A DNA stretch of 64,000 bases from Gemmatimonadales bacterium. Lineage in GTDB: Bacteria; Gemmatimonadota; Gemmatimonadetes; Gemmatimonadales; GWC2-71-9. Within the stretch, counting starts at the first letter, position 1. Each line of letters opens with the position of its first letter. Where the stretch lies: NCBI GenBank assembly GCA_035491815.1, contig DATJKA010000054.1, positions 15,004 through 79,003 on the forward strand, read 5' to 3'. Shown piece after piece: positions 11,598-22,383 of the stretch. Below the pieces are notes generated by a model. It saw only the letters and a list, made by a program, of their open reading frames with translations. It did not search any database and was not told the origin of the DNA. Position numbers and translations under genes: made by a program.

Positions 11598-13097
11598 ATG
11601 AAGGTTCTCAAGAGTCTCTTGATGCTGGGCGCAGTCGCCATTCTTGCCGGTTGTGCGGGCGAGGCGGTGGCCAACCCCTCCATCCCGTCCGATACGACGT
11701 CGGCGCCGCAGCCGCAGCCCGAGCCCCAGCCGCAACCGTCTACACATGTGGGTTATTACGCCTCCCCGACGGGCGCGAGCGCGGGCGAGGGCAGCATCGA
11801 CCATCCCTGGGACCTGACGACGGCGCTGAACGGCGCCAACGGGAAGGTGCAACCGGGGGACACCGTGTGGCTTCGTGCCGGCACCTATCGCGGCAACTTC
11901 CGCAGTCTGGTCTCAGGCGGGCAGGGCAAGCCCGTCGTGTTCCGCGCTCTTCCTGGTGAGCGCGCGACGATCGACGGTACGCTGCGCGCCGACGGTGCCG
12001 ACGTCTGGTTCTGGGGACTCGAAGTCATGCGCTCGACGCCCAATGACCGCTTGCCAGGTCTCGAATCGCGCGGCGCGCGCCAGAAGTACATCAACATGAT
12101 CGTGCACGACGCGGCCCAACAGGGAATCACGTTCTGGGACGAGGCGATCGACGCCGAGCTGTACGGCAACATCGTGTACAACAACGGCACCCACGAGAAC
12201 CTCGATCATGGCACGTACGTCCACAACATGAGCGGCACGAAGCTCATCATGGACAACGTGTTCTTCGACAATCTCGCGTACGGCATCCACGTCTACGCCG
12301 GTCCAACCGACGGCACACAGCGGAATGTGCACGTCGTCGGAAACGTGTCCTTCAACAACGGCACCATCTCGCACAACTACCCGGCCAAGGGCAACATCCT
12401 GCTGGGCGCGGAGTCGCCCGACGAAGGGATGCAGGCGATCGACAACCTGCTCTACTTCTCCGGCAGCGACGGGGAGAATCTGCGCGTCGGCTATACGGCG
12501 GCGAACGCCGACATGCTCGTCCGTGGCAACACGGTCTGGGGCGGCGCCACCGCATTCGTCGTCGGTCAATGGCAGCGCGCGACGGTGGACCACAATCTGT
12601 TCGGCGGCTCCGCCGACATGGTGAATCTGTTGAATGCGCCGGGAAGTTACGCGTGGAGCTCGAACACGTATTACCGCAGCGCGCGCGCTCAGGCGTGGCG
12701 AACCGCGACGGGATCTGCGCTTCCGCTCAGCGACTGGCAATCTGCCACGGGGCTCGGCGGGAGTGACGAGGCACCGGCGGCGGCGCCAGGGGAGACGCAG
12801 GTCTTTGTGCGGCCCAACAAGTACGAGGCGGGGCGCGCGCTCGTCGTGATCTACAACTGGGGATCGGTCAACACCGTGAGCGTCAAGCTCGACGGCATTC
12901 TGCGCGCCGGCCAGCAATACGAGGTGCGCAACGTTCAGGACATGTTCGGCGCTCCCGTCGCGAGCGGGACGTTCAACGGCAGCACGATCACGTTGTCGAC
13001 GTCGGGTGTCAATCCGCCGCTGCCGATCGGACGCAGCACGCCGACACCGCCGAAGACTGGCCCCTACTTCGATGCGTTCGAGGTGCTTCCGAAATGA
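11598..13097 (+). CDS. Lipoprotein, right-handed parallel beta-helix family (paralogue 1 of 4); putative polysaccharide lyase/hydrolase
   Basis: Lipobox ILAGC and a PQPQPEPQPQP linker. Shared family motifs DHPWDL..AL....VQPGDT.WLR.GTYRG.FRS, PGERA.IDG, NV.F.N..YGIHVY and VRPNKYEAGRA.VVIYNW...VRNVQD. Confidence 0.75.
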   Translation: MKVLKSLLMLGAVAILAGCAGEAVANPSIPSDTTSAPQPQPEPQPQPSTHVGYYASPTGASAGEGSIDHPWDLTTALNGANGKVQPGDTVWLRAGTYRGNFRSLVSGGQGKPVVFRALPGERATIDGTLRADGADVWFWGLEVMRSTPNDRLPGLESRGARQKYINMIVHDAAQQGITFWDEAIDAELYGNIVYNNGTHENLDHGTYVHNMSGTKLIMDNVFFDNLAYGIHVYAGPTDGTQRNVHVVGNVSFNNGTISHNYPAKGNILLGAESPDEGMQAIDNLLYFSGSDGENLRVGYTAANADMLVRGNTVWGGATAFVVGQWQRATVDHNLFGGSADMVNLLNAPGSYAWSSNTYYRSARAQAWRTATGSALPLSDWQSATGLGGSDEAPAAAPGETQVFVRPNKYEAGRALVVIYNWGSVNTVSVKLDGILRAGQQYEVRNVQDMFGAPVASGTFNGSTITLSTSGVNPPLPIGRSTPTPPKTGPYFDAFEVLPK

Positions 13098-14137
13098 TTG
13101 CGCCGAGAATTGCGACCGCGTAACACCGATCGGTACACGCGGAGGACTTTGGCGGTGAGGACATTCTCGTCGAGGTGCTGCACCGCCGCGCGGCCGGCGA
13201 CGCGACCACCGCGCGTGAGCACGCGCTCGAGCGCGGCGGCGATGGTGGCAGGCTGATCATCGATGCAGAGCTCACAACCGGCGACGTGCCGCAAGCGCTC
13301 GGGCACGTCGCCGACCCTCACCGAGACGACCGGCAGATCGCATGCGAGCGCCTCTTTCACCGCGTTCGGCGACCCTTCCTGCATCGACGTGAAGACCAGT
13401 GCGTCGCAGGCGTTCATGTACAGCGGCATCTGGTGATGCGGAATGTTCCAAGCAACGACCAGGCGGGCCGGCAGCCGTTCATTGAGGAGCTCGACCGCTT
13501 GCTTGGCCAGCGCGCAGCGCTTGCGTGCTTGATGTGGCCGGCCGACAAACAGCACGAGTCGCTCCCCCAGATCGAGTCCTAATTGCGTGCGGGCCTCATC
13601 CCGCGGTATCGGCCGAAACAGCGTGAAATCGATCCCCGACGGAATGACGTGTTGGGGCGCGCGCGTGTGTAAACCGTCGCCGAGGTGAGGGGAGACCAGA
13701 ATGACGGCGTCGGCGCACTTGGCGACCAACTGGGATGCGCGCTGCAACCAGCGTCCCGCCCGCGAGTAGCGCCCGTCACGATCGCTCACGATTCCCAGGA
13801 TGTCGCTGCCGCGCAGCGTAACAACGAGTGGGATACGCTTGGGGAGGGCCAGGAGACCGCTCTGCCCGAACTGTGCATGCACGAGATCAAAGCGTCCCGC
13901 ATGTAGTCGACGCCGGAATCGTCTCCAGGCGCGGAGGTAGTTGAGCGGGTTCTTCTCCCCGCGGAACGCGAAGACCTCCAGATCCACGCCGGCACGTTGT
14001 ACAAATTCCGCCTGCCGCCGGATGAAGGCCGTGGTTCTCGGCACCGCGGGGTCCGGCCAGTCGCTCGTCACCATCAATACGCGCAGTGGGCGCGGGCGCG
14101 AACGCGGGCGCGAACGCACCACGCGCGTCCGCTTCAT
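13064..14137 (-). CDS. Glycosyltransferase family 4 (GT-B, GT1-type)
   Basis: Start taken at ATG 14137 (MKRTRVV...). N-domain LRVLMVTSDWP, C-domain ...ACDALVFTSMQEGSPNAVKEALACDLPVVS (EX7E-type). The 3' end overlaps the convergent gene by 34 nt. Confidence 0.8.
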   Translation of the reverse strand: MKRTRVVRSRPRSRPRPLRVLMVTSDWPDPAVPRTTAFIRRQAEFVQRAGVDLEVFAFRGEKNPLNYLRAWRRFRRRLHAGRFDLVHAQFGQSGLLALPKRIPLVVTLRGSDILGIVSDRDGRYSRAGRWLQRASQLVAKCADAVILVSPHLGDGLHTRAPQHVIPSGIDFTLFRPIPRDEARTQLGLDLGERLVLFVGRPHQARKRCALAKQAVELLNERLPARLVVAWNIPHHQMPLYMNACDALVFTSMQEGSPNAVKEALACDLPVVSVRVGDVPERLRHVAGCELCIDDQPATIAAALERVLTRGGRVAGRAAVQHLDENVLTAKVLRVYRSVLRGRNSRRNHFGSTSNASK

Positions 14138-14404
14138 CTGGCGGTTCCGGCCAACCTGCCTTTTGATGTGTGTATCCTCGCTCGCGCCCGACCTGAACGA
14201 GGCAAGAAACAGGCCGGGCAAGGACAAGCAAGCCTTCATGCCAAAGGCGTAGATCCGGAGGACTATGCTAATCCCAAATTCCCCCAACCCTGTCTAAGTC
14301 TGTTTTCCACCCGCTGAGTGATGTTCCCACCTCCGTTCTCACCCTAGAATCATTTTCGCTAGTACTCACGCCACTCGGTTCTTCCGATTCTTAGAGGAAA
14401 CACG

Positions 14405-14908
14405 ATGCTTGAGCATGTCGTCGAGATGCCCGAGGTCCCCGATGTCCCCGAGGCTTCCCCGCTTTCTCTTCGTGTACGTATTCCGATTCAGGATTCGGCC
14501 GATGTCGCGGTGGCGGGCGAGCACGGTCGGCGACTCGCATCGCAACTCGAATTCTCTTCTGCCGACGTCACCGTCATCACCACCGCCATCCTCGAAGTGG
14601 CGCGCAACGTCCTGGCGTACGCGGGTCGCGGCGATCTGCTCCTGCACCTGATTCAACAGGGCGGCCGCTCGGGACTCTCTGTTGTGGCGCACGACGACGG
14701 TCCGGGCATCCGTGACGTGGAAAACGCGCTGCGCGACGGGTGTGGCGAGGGGCGGTCAGGCGGACTGGGCCTCGCCACGGCTCGCCGGTTGATGGACGAG
14801 TTCCAGATTCAGTCCGAACCCGGGCGGGGCACGACGGTGCGGATGCGGAAGTGGACACACCGCCGCCGAGTCGAGCGCGCCGGCGCGCGCCAGGGAGATG
14901 GGGAATGA
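14405..14908 (+). CDS. RsbW/SpoIIAB-like anti-sigma-factor-type Ser/Thr kinase (stand-alone GHKL ATPase domain)
   Basis: N box [14 protein letters not shown]1 DDGPGI, G2 [13 protein letters not shown]. No DHp/His-phosphotransfer domain. Confidence 0.75.
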   Translation: MLEHVVEMPEVPDVPEASPLSLRVRIPIQDSADVAVAGEHGRRLASQLEFSSADVTVITTAILEVARNVLAYAGRGDLLLHLIQQGGRSGLSVVAHDDGPGIRDVENALRDGCGEGRSGGLGLATARRLMDEFQIQSEPGRGTTVRMRKWTHRRRVERAGARQGDGE

Positions 14909-16320
14909 TTTCCGTGCCGCTCGAGACAGTCGCCGAAGCCGACGTCGACGTCGGGCTCACTCCGCCGTCGAAGTGCACGCCTCCTCGCCTCCTGGGAGTG
15001 GGAGGCGATCAAGCGCTTTTCCGCGAGCTTGCGCGCTACGTCGAGCAATCGGGAGCGACGTTGGAACGCACCTCGGACGAAGCGGCCACCCTACAGGCGC
15101 TCGCACACGGCGGGTGGGACGCCGTCCTGACGGTTTTCGACCGCGATGCCGACGTGCAGCTGGAATGGTGGGAGGAAGTGCTGCCGCGACTGTCGGTTCG
15201 CCCCCGGATGATCGCTGTGACGCCGGCGCCGTCGATGAGCCTGGCGCTACGGGCGACGGAGCTCGGCGTCACCGCTGTCTTGCCGTTACCGCTGGAGCGC
15301 GATCAGCTGCGCGCGACGCTCAACCGCGTGCTCGCTGCTGCGGCCGAGTTGCCGATGGCCCTCCCAACAGTAACTCCAATGACTGTAGGGCCTTACCACA
15401 TTGTCTCGCAGAGCGCCGCGATGGTCGATGTCTATCGCACCATCGCCCACGTCGCGCCGAGTACCGCGACGGTGCTCATCCAGGGGGAGTCGGGGACCGG
15501 CAAGGAGCTCGTCGCCCGCGCCATCCATGCGCACGGGCCGCGGAGCGCGAGGCCGTTCGTCGCCGTGAACTGCGCCGCGATCCCGGAGAACCTGCTCGAG
15601 AGCGAGCTGTTCGGGCACGAGAAGGGCGCCTTCACCGGCGCGGTAGCGCGCAAGATCGGGCGATTCGAGCGCGCCACCGCCGGTACCCTATTCCTCGACG
15701 AGATCGGCGACATGAGTCTGGTCCTGCAGAGCAAGATTCTGCGGGCGATTCAGGAGCGGGAAGTCGAGCGGGTAGGTGGTGGGGACCCGATTCCCGTCGA
15801 CGTCCGTCTGATCGCGGCGACCAACAAGGATCTGAAGCAGCTGATCGCGGAAGGAAAATTCCGCGAGGATCTGTACTACCGGCTCGCCGTCGTTACCGTT
15901 CGCCTTCCACAGCTCGTCGCCCGCGGGGACGACCTGCTGCTCTTGACGGCATACTTCCTCGATGAGTTCGGACAACAGTACGGCAAGCGGATCCCCGCCA
16001 TCTCCGATCGTGCGGCGCTGCTGCTGCGCTCGCACCCCTGGGTCGGCAACGTCCGCGAGCTCCGCAACGTGATCGAGCGCGCAGTGCTGTTGTGTGAGGG
16101 TGACGTCCTTCGGTCCGTCGATCTGCCGGAGGAATGGCTGGCCAGTGCGCCGAAGAACGACCCCGCCACCGTCGGTCCCCTCGCGACGCTGCAGGAAGCC
16201 GAGGCGCGGCACATCGCACACGTGTTGGCTCACACGCACGGTCAGATCGGCGAAGCCGCGCAGATTCTCGGCGTCCACCGCAATACGCTCGCCCGCAAGA
16301 TCAAAGAGTACGCCCTCTAG
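14905..16320 (+). CDS. Sigma54-dependent transcriptional activator (bEBP) with a degenerate receiver-like N-domain
   Basis: ATG 14905 overlaps the kinase stop (ATGA). Walker [15 protein letters not shown] motif, Fis-type [18 protein letters not shown]. The receiver-like domain has GGD where the acidic pair usually is, and LPLP where KP usually is. Confidence 0.9.
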   Translation: MISVPLETVAEADVDVGLTPPSKCTPPRLLGVGGDQALFRELARYVEQSGATLERTSDEAATLQALAHGGWDAVLTVFDRDADVQLEWWEEVLPRLSVRPRMIAVTPAPSMSLALRATELGVTAVLPLPLERDQLRATLNRVLAAAAELPMALPTVTPMTVGPYHIVSQSAAMVDVYRTIAHVAPSTATVLIQGESGTGKELVARAIHAHGPRSARPFVAVNCAAIPENLLESELFGHEKGAFTGAVARKIGRFERATAGTLFLDEIGDMSLVLQSKILRAIQEREVERVGGGDPIPVDVRLIAATNKDLKQLIAEGKFREDLYYRLAVVTVRLPQLVARGDDLLLLTAYFLDEFGQQYGKRIPAISDRAALLLRSHPWVGNVRELRNVIERAVLLCEGDVLRSVDLPEEWLASAPKNDPATVGPLATLQEAEARHIAHVLAHTHGQIGEAAQILGVHRNTLARKIKEYAL

Positions 16321-16334
16321 CACCGATTTCGGGC

Positions 16335-16373
16335 AAAAAAACGGGAGGTCCTTGCCCTAGGGCAGGGCCTCCC
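16335..16373. terminator. Hairpin terminator candidate downstream of the sigma54 activator gene
   Basis: A7 tract (16335-16341), then GGGAGGTCCTTGCCC-TA-GGGCAGGGCCTCCC (16343-16373), then TTGGTCT. Read on the minus strand the hairpin is followed by T7, so it could act in either direction. Confidence 0.45.
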
Positions 16374-17882
16374 TTGGTCTACTCCATTGGAATGGTCCCC
16401 AGCGAATCGGACTAAGCCATTGCTTCCGTGGGAGTAACAAGGTGTAGGTCTTCTGACCCAAAAGGATGGGCTGCTGGCGCGGGAAATGCATCCCGATCGA
16501 ATGCCCTGTGCCAACCCTAGAACCGAGAGAGCAGACCGTGAGCCTTCCGCAGAGTGCCGCCTCGCACCCTGTCGCGCCGCCCCCGCTTCGAGTCGAGCAG
16601 GCCTTGCGCTTGCTGCCGGACATCGACGACCTCGCCCCCCTTCGGGGATGTGTGGTTTCCCTCTCCTCGAATCGGTCACCTGGTGGAGGCATCTGGGCCG
16701 GAGCGGATCCCAACGGCACGATCGGCAAGCGTACGCTCGACCCCGGTGCGCTCCGCAGTCGGATGCCGCTCGTCCTCGATCGCGTGACTCGTCGCGTTGC
16801 CGTGCTGTACGACGCCGCCGTGGATGCGCTCGAATCCGAGCAGAGCGGAGACATGTCCCAGGCGGTTCGCGCGCTGGTGCGGGCCGGTGAATTCGAAGAG
16901 CGCTCTGTTCGTTTTTCGCACGCCCGCGCGTGGTATCGCCAGGCGCTCGGCATCGCGGAGCAGTTGCGCGACCGGCAGCCCGAAATGGAAACGCTGTGCC
17001 ACCTGGGACGACTCGAATCGACGCGCGGCTACCTGGACGAAGGCGCGCGGGCCTACCAGCGGAGCCTCGCGCTCGCCGAAGCCGAATACGATCATGCGCA
17101 CGCCGCCGGGGCGTGCCAGGGATTGGGCGACGTCTTGTTCGCGCAATCGCAGTGGGTCGGGGCGGAGGCCTGGTTCAGCCGCGGACTGCAGTACGCCGGT
17201 GCGAACCACACCATGAAGGGTTCGCTGTCGCTGGGTCTGGCGCAGACCGCGCTGCGCCGGCGCGACTACGGCGCCGCGGCCGAGCATGCCAAGGTCGCGC
17301 TCGAGAGCTTCGAGTCGGCGCGCGACAGTAGCGGGATTGTGCGCGCACTTCTCACGCGCGGTCTCATCGAAGCCGCCCAGGGCAAGCGGTCGGACGTACT
17401 GGTGACGTATCGCGAGGCGCTGGCCCGCCTGCCCACGAGCGACGTCGACGGCGTTCTGGAGCTCGCCGTGCGGCTCAATCTCGCCGAGATCTATCTCGAG
17501 CTGGGTCGCCTTCCGGACGCGGAGGACGAAGCGCGTCGCGCGGAGAACCTCGCCGTGATCAATGAACAACAGGGCGCGCTGGCGCGCGTGTACGTGATCA
17601 TGGGACGACTGCGTGGCCGCCAGGGCGACGAGAGCGGATTCGTGTTCTTCGAGCAGGCCATCCAGCTGTGTCGCAGTGGCGAGCCGGCCCGCCGCCTCGA
17701 GGTTGAAGTTTATCGCGAGTACGCGCGGTTTCGGACGACCATGGGCGACCGCGATGAGGCGCGCGCGTATCTCGAACGCGCGCGAGACTTGCTCGAGCCG
17801 TTCGGCGACGACGCCGCGCGGGATCGCATCGCCGGCGAGCTGCGCGAGCTCGACCTTTGGGTTGGGGCGGGGACCGGACCGG

Positions 17883-19070
<1,188 letters not shown>

Positions 19071-19133
19071 GCACGATTCCAAACGCACGAATCGGACCAA
19101 TCACCCTTTGATTAATACTTATGACAACTTCGT

Positions 19134-19147
19134 ACTAATTCTCTTGT
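19134..19147 (+). promoter_or_regulatory. Conserved leader motif ACTAATTCTCTTGT upstream of beta-helix gene 2
   Basis: Identical 14-mer at 22200-22213, upstream of beta-helix gene 3. It lies in an AT-rich divergent intergenic region (19101-19210). SD AAAGGAG precedes ATG 19211. Confidence 0.4.
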
Positions 19148-19210
19148 AACGGCCGACTTAGATCGCTACTCTGCCTTCGCTTAATCACGATCAAGCGAAA
19201 GGAGTAGCTC

Positions 19211-20602
19211 ATGTCGTTCTCGAAGATCTTCTGGATGGTGGGTGTGGCCGCTGCCCTGGCCGGTTGCGCGGGGGAGCAAACGATTCTCGACCCCACGTCC
19301 AAGCCGGATACGAGCACTACGACGCAGCCGCAGCAGCCCCAGCAGCCCCAGCAGCCGCAGCAGCCGGCACCGACCGGCGGCTTCTATGCGTCGACCGAGG
19401 GCTCCAGCACCGCCGACGGCAGCAAGGATCACCCATGGGATCTCGCGACCGCCGTGACGGGCGCGGGCGGCAAGGTGCAGCCGGGCGACACGATCTGGGT
19501 GCGCGGCGGCACATATACCGCGCCATTCCGCAGCTCGCTGAACGGTGTGGCGGGGAAGCCGGTCGTGGTTCGCGCCTATCCGGGTGAGCGGCCGATCGTC
19601 GATGGTGGACAGACGACGGGGGACAACTTCACCGTCACCGGCTCGTATGTGGTGATCTGGGGGCTCGAGTTCACGAATTCGAACTCGTCGCGCTACACGT
19701 CCGTGATCAACCACAACTACCGCGCCAACAGCGTGGTGAACAACGGGTCGCACAATAAGTACATCGACCTCGTGGTGCACGACGGTGGCACGGGCTTTTA
19801 CAGCTACTCGCAATGGAGCGACGTCGAGGTCTATGGCGGCGTGTGGTACAACAACGGGTGGCAGGCTCCCGACCGTGGCCACGGGCACGCGCTGTACATG
19901 AAGTCCGATGCCGGTCCGCTGGTCGTCAAGGACAACGTGGTGTTCAACCAGTACGGCTACGGGCTGCACATCTACACGAATGTCGGCGACGGCTTGCTCA
20001 ACAACATCCGCGCCGAGGGCAACGTGTCGTTCGACAACGGCTCGTTGGCGTCGACCGGAACGTCGGCCAACATCGGCAATTTGGGTATGCCGCTGGCGAA
20101 CAACCTCGCCATCGTCGGCAACATGACCTACATGGCGCCGAGCCTCAGCGGGGACAATCTCCTGCTGGGGTCGGGCAACGGGCTCACGGTGACGGACAAC
20201 TTCGTCGTGGGCGGCAACGGCCTCGCCAAGGGCAGCTGGAGCGGATCGGTCGAGAACCGCAACAACACGTCTCAGGCGGCGGGCGGGTCGTCGCAGTCGG
20301 CGACGATCTTCGTGCGGCCCAACGCCTACGAGCGCGGCCGGGCGAACGTCGTGATCTACAACTGGAGTGGGCAGAGCAGCGTGTCGGTGAACCTGGGGAG
20401 CGTGTTGCGCTCAGGCGATCACTACGCGGTTCGCAACGTGCAGGATCTACAGGGCGATCCTGTGGCGAGCGGCACGTATGACGGCGGACCGGTCAGCATT
20501 CCGATGACCGGGGTCACGCCGCCGAAGCCCGTGGGTGTGGGCTCCTCGCCCGCGCCGCGGACTGGGCCCTATTTCGACGTGTTCATCGTGACGCGGCAGT
20601 AG
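19211..20602 (+). CDS. Lipoprotein, right-handed parallel beta-helix family (paralogue 2 of 4)
   Basis: Lipobox ALAGC and a QPQQPQQPQQPQQP linker. Family motifs DHPWDLATAV...VQPGDTIWVRGGTY, DRGHGHALYMKS, VVFNQYGYGLHIYT, VRPNAYERGRANVVIYNW, VRNVQD. Confidence 0.8.
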   Translation: MSFSKIFWMVGVAAALAGCAGEQTILDPTSKPDTSTTTQPQQPQQPQQPQQPAPTGGFYASTEGSSTADGSKDHPWDLATAVTGAGGKVQPGDTIWVRGGTYTAPFRSSLNGVAGKPVVVRAYPGERPIVDGGQTTGDNFTVTGSYVVIWGLEFTNSNSSRYTSVINHNYRANSVVNNGSHNKYIDLVVHDGGTGFYSYSQWSDVEVYGGVWYNNGWQAPDRGHGHALYMKSDAGPLVVKDNVVFNQYGYGLHIYTNVGDGLLNNIRAEGNVSFDNGSLASTGTSANIGNLGMPLANNLAIVGNMTYMAPSLSGDNLLLGSGNGLTVTDNFVVGGNGLAKGSWSGSVENRNNTSQAAGGSSQSATIFVRPNAYERGRANVVIYNWSGQSSVSVNLGSVLRSGDHYAVRNVQDLQGDPVASGTYDGGPVSIPMTGVTPPKPVGVGSSPAPRTGPYFDVFIVTRQ

Positions 20603-22003
20603 TCAGGAGGCGCGTTGTGCGGTGCGCTGCCGCAAGGCCGTAGCCCGCACCTCTGGTGGGACGTTACAGACCACTGCCCGCACCTTGCCGTTCGAGGTGC
20701 GCGGCAGTGCGTCCACCAGCTCGACGGTGACGCGAATGTCTCCCATGCGGTCGAGCAGATTCCCGATCATCTCCGTCGCGTCGGCTTTCGTGAAGCCCGG
20801 GGCCGGTGACAGCAGCACCCGCACGTGGTCGAGCGTTTCCTGAATGATCTGGGCCTCGCGGATGGCGTGCGTGCCTTTGAACACGGGATCGAGGCGGCCA
20901 ACCAGCCGCCCATCCGGCGTCACGAGCACGTCGTCGCGCCGCCCATCGATTGCCCCCATCCGAGGCAGACCTCGGCCGCAGGAGCACGGACCCTGCTCGG
21001 CCGCGTTCCCGCGGTCGCCGACCCGGTAGCGAATCAGCGGCATGTCGGGATTGAGCAGCCCGGTGCAGACCAGCTCGCCATCCGGCATGACCTCCACGTG
21101 GCCGAACTCCGGCCACTGGTGCAGCGTGCCGTGCGGACATTCGCTCGCGCCGGCGACGCTCTCGGCCATCCCATACGTCTCGCGCACGGGGCACTGGAAT
21201 GCCGCCGAGATCGTCTCGCGCTGCATCGGGAGCAGCGGCTCGGCGTTCGTGTGGACGGCCAGCATCGGCAGATCGTACTTCAGGCGCAGGGCTTCCTGCG
21301 CGAGCGCGAATACCGATGACGGGTAGCCTGCGATGTAGACGATGCGATAGCGCGCCAGCGCATCGAGGTAGTGTGGAATGAGATCGGGTGCGAGGTGGTA
21401 GGACGAGAGATAGAGCTGCCGCATCGCGGCATTCCAAACCCAGAACGGCGGCTTGCGTTGGCGCACGGGCGTGACGAGTTGCCCGCCCAGTCGCGCCCAC
21501 CGCACGCCCTTGGGAATGTTCTCCCAACCGCAGGTGCGGTCGTCCGCGATCGCGTAGAGCTGCCCGAGCGATTCGCGCGAGCGCCAGATGATCACGGGCG
21601 TCCCCGTCGTCCCGCTCGTGTGCTCGCGGAACAAGCGCCGCGGATCGCAATCGTCGGCGAGGAATTCCTGGGGGTGCATGCGCACGGCGGTCTTCTCGAG
21701 GAGCGGCCAGTGCGCCAGGACGTCCCATGCCGCGCGATCGCCGCGACGCCGCCGTTCCTGCCACAGGTTGCGATAATAGGGCACCCGCGTGGCGGCGCGG
21801 TGCAGAATGTATGCGACGCGCTCCTCAACCCACGTCTTCCATTGCTGGGGCGTCCATTCGTCGCGCTCGCGGGCTTCGGCGCTGAGCGCGGCGCTGCCTT
21901 TGCCATAGCGCGAGCGGCGGAGATACCAACCGCGCAGCGTAGCGACGGCGCTGCGCGCACGGGGCGGCAGCCGATGATAGACCTTGAGGAGACGCGAGCT
22001 CAT
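20603..22003 (-). CDS. CapK / phenylacetate-CoA-ligase-like adenylate-forming enzyme (paralogue 1)
   Basis: AMP-binding motif HTSGTTGTP and PaaK/F390-synthetase-like architecture. Aligns along its length with 27941-29344. Its stop abuts the stop of the convergent gene with a 0-nt gap. Confidence 0.8.
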   Translation of the reverse strand: MSSRLLKVYHRLPPRARSAVATLRGWYLRRSRYGKGSAALSAEARERDEWTPQQWKTWVEERVAYILHRAATRVPYYRNLWQERRRRGDRAAWDVLAHWPLLEKTAVRMHPQEFLADDCDPRRLFREHTSGTTGTPVIIWRSRESLGQLYAIADDRTCGWENIPKGVRWARLGGQLVTPVRQRKPPFWVWNAAMRQLYLSSYHLAPDLIPHYLDALARYRIVYIAGYPSSVFALAQEALRLKYDLPMLAVHTNAEPLLPMQRETISAAFQCPVRETYGMAESVAGASECPHGTLHQWPEFGHVEVMPDGELVCTGLLNPDMPLIRYRVGDRGNAAEQGPCSCGRGLPRMGAIDGRRDDVLVTPDGRLVGRLDPVFKGTHAIREAQIIQETLDHVRVLLSPAPGFTKADATEMIGNLLDRMGDIRVTVELVDALPRTSNGKVRAVVCNVPPEVRATALRQRTAQRAS

Positions 22004-22024
22004 GCGAACCCGGGATGAGGAAGA

Positions 22025-22094
22025 GCGGGAGGCGGTGTCGAAGCCGCGACCTCCGGGGTGGTATTCCCCGGCGCTCTCACTGAGCTACTCCCGC
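22025..22094 (-). tRNA. tRNA-like element with a tRNA-Gly-type acceptor and D arm; non-canonical, possibly a pseudogene
   Basis: The minus strand reads GCGGGAGTAGCTCAGTGAGAGCGCCGGGGAATACCACCCCGGAGGTCGCGGCTTCGACACCGCCTCCCGC followed by T. 7-bp acceptor stem, D stem GCTC/GAGC with a 5-nt loop, 5-6 bp anticodon stem, 4-bp T stem with TTCGA. No U33 in the 7-nt loop register and no encoded CCA. Confidence 0.4.
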
Positions 22095-22199
22095 AAAGAT
22101 TGTCATGTGACCAGCGCCCTGGTGATGCACGAACCGCGCCAGTCATTGCAAAGAGCGACCCCGGTTAACACCCAGGGTGAAATTCCCCCGTGCGTTCGG

Positions 22200-22246
22200 A
22201 CTAATTCTCTTGTGGCATCCGAGTTAATTCATTAAGGTGAGATCGT
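22200..22246 (+). promoter_or_regulatory. Conserved leader elements upstream of beta-helix gene 3
   Basis: ACTAATTCTCTTGT (22200-22213, identical to 19134-19147), followed by CGAGTTAATTCATTAAGGTGAGATCGT (22220-22246, similar to 11543-11569). Confidence 0.4.
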
Positions 22247-22383
22247 CGGATGTGAGCCCTCCTGAGAGTGGTCTCTGACCTAGGGCACCGCTCCCCCGAC
22301 TCCTTTACAACAGGCCGCACCTAAGCACCGACCTGCAGCCACGGGCCGGACGCTCGGCTTCTAGCGGAAAGGAGTTAGGTCTC

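Noticed and set aside
16317-16953. Minus-strand ORFs (120 and 198 aa) that could use the T7-followed hairpin at 16343-16373 as their terminator
   Set aside because: The translations are Arg/Ser/Gly-rich and non-coding-like, and they overlap the better-supported plus-strand TPR ORF. The hairpin is more simply the terminator of the sigma54-activator gene.
21984-22383. Integrated mobile element or prophage boundary next to the tRNA-like sequence; also ORF 21984-22235
   Set aside because: No integrase, transposase, direct-repeat att duplicate or phage gene is recognisable anywhere in the window. ORF 21984-22235 simply reads through the tRNA-like element and has no coding features.
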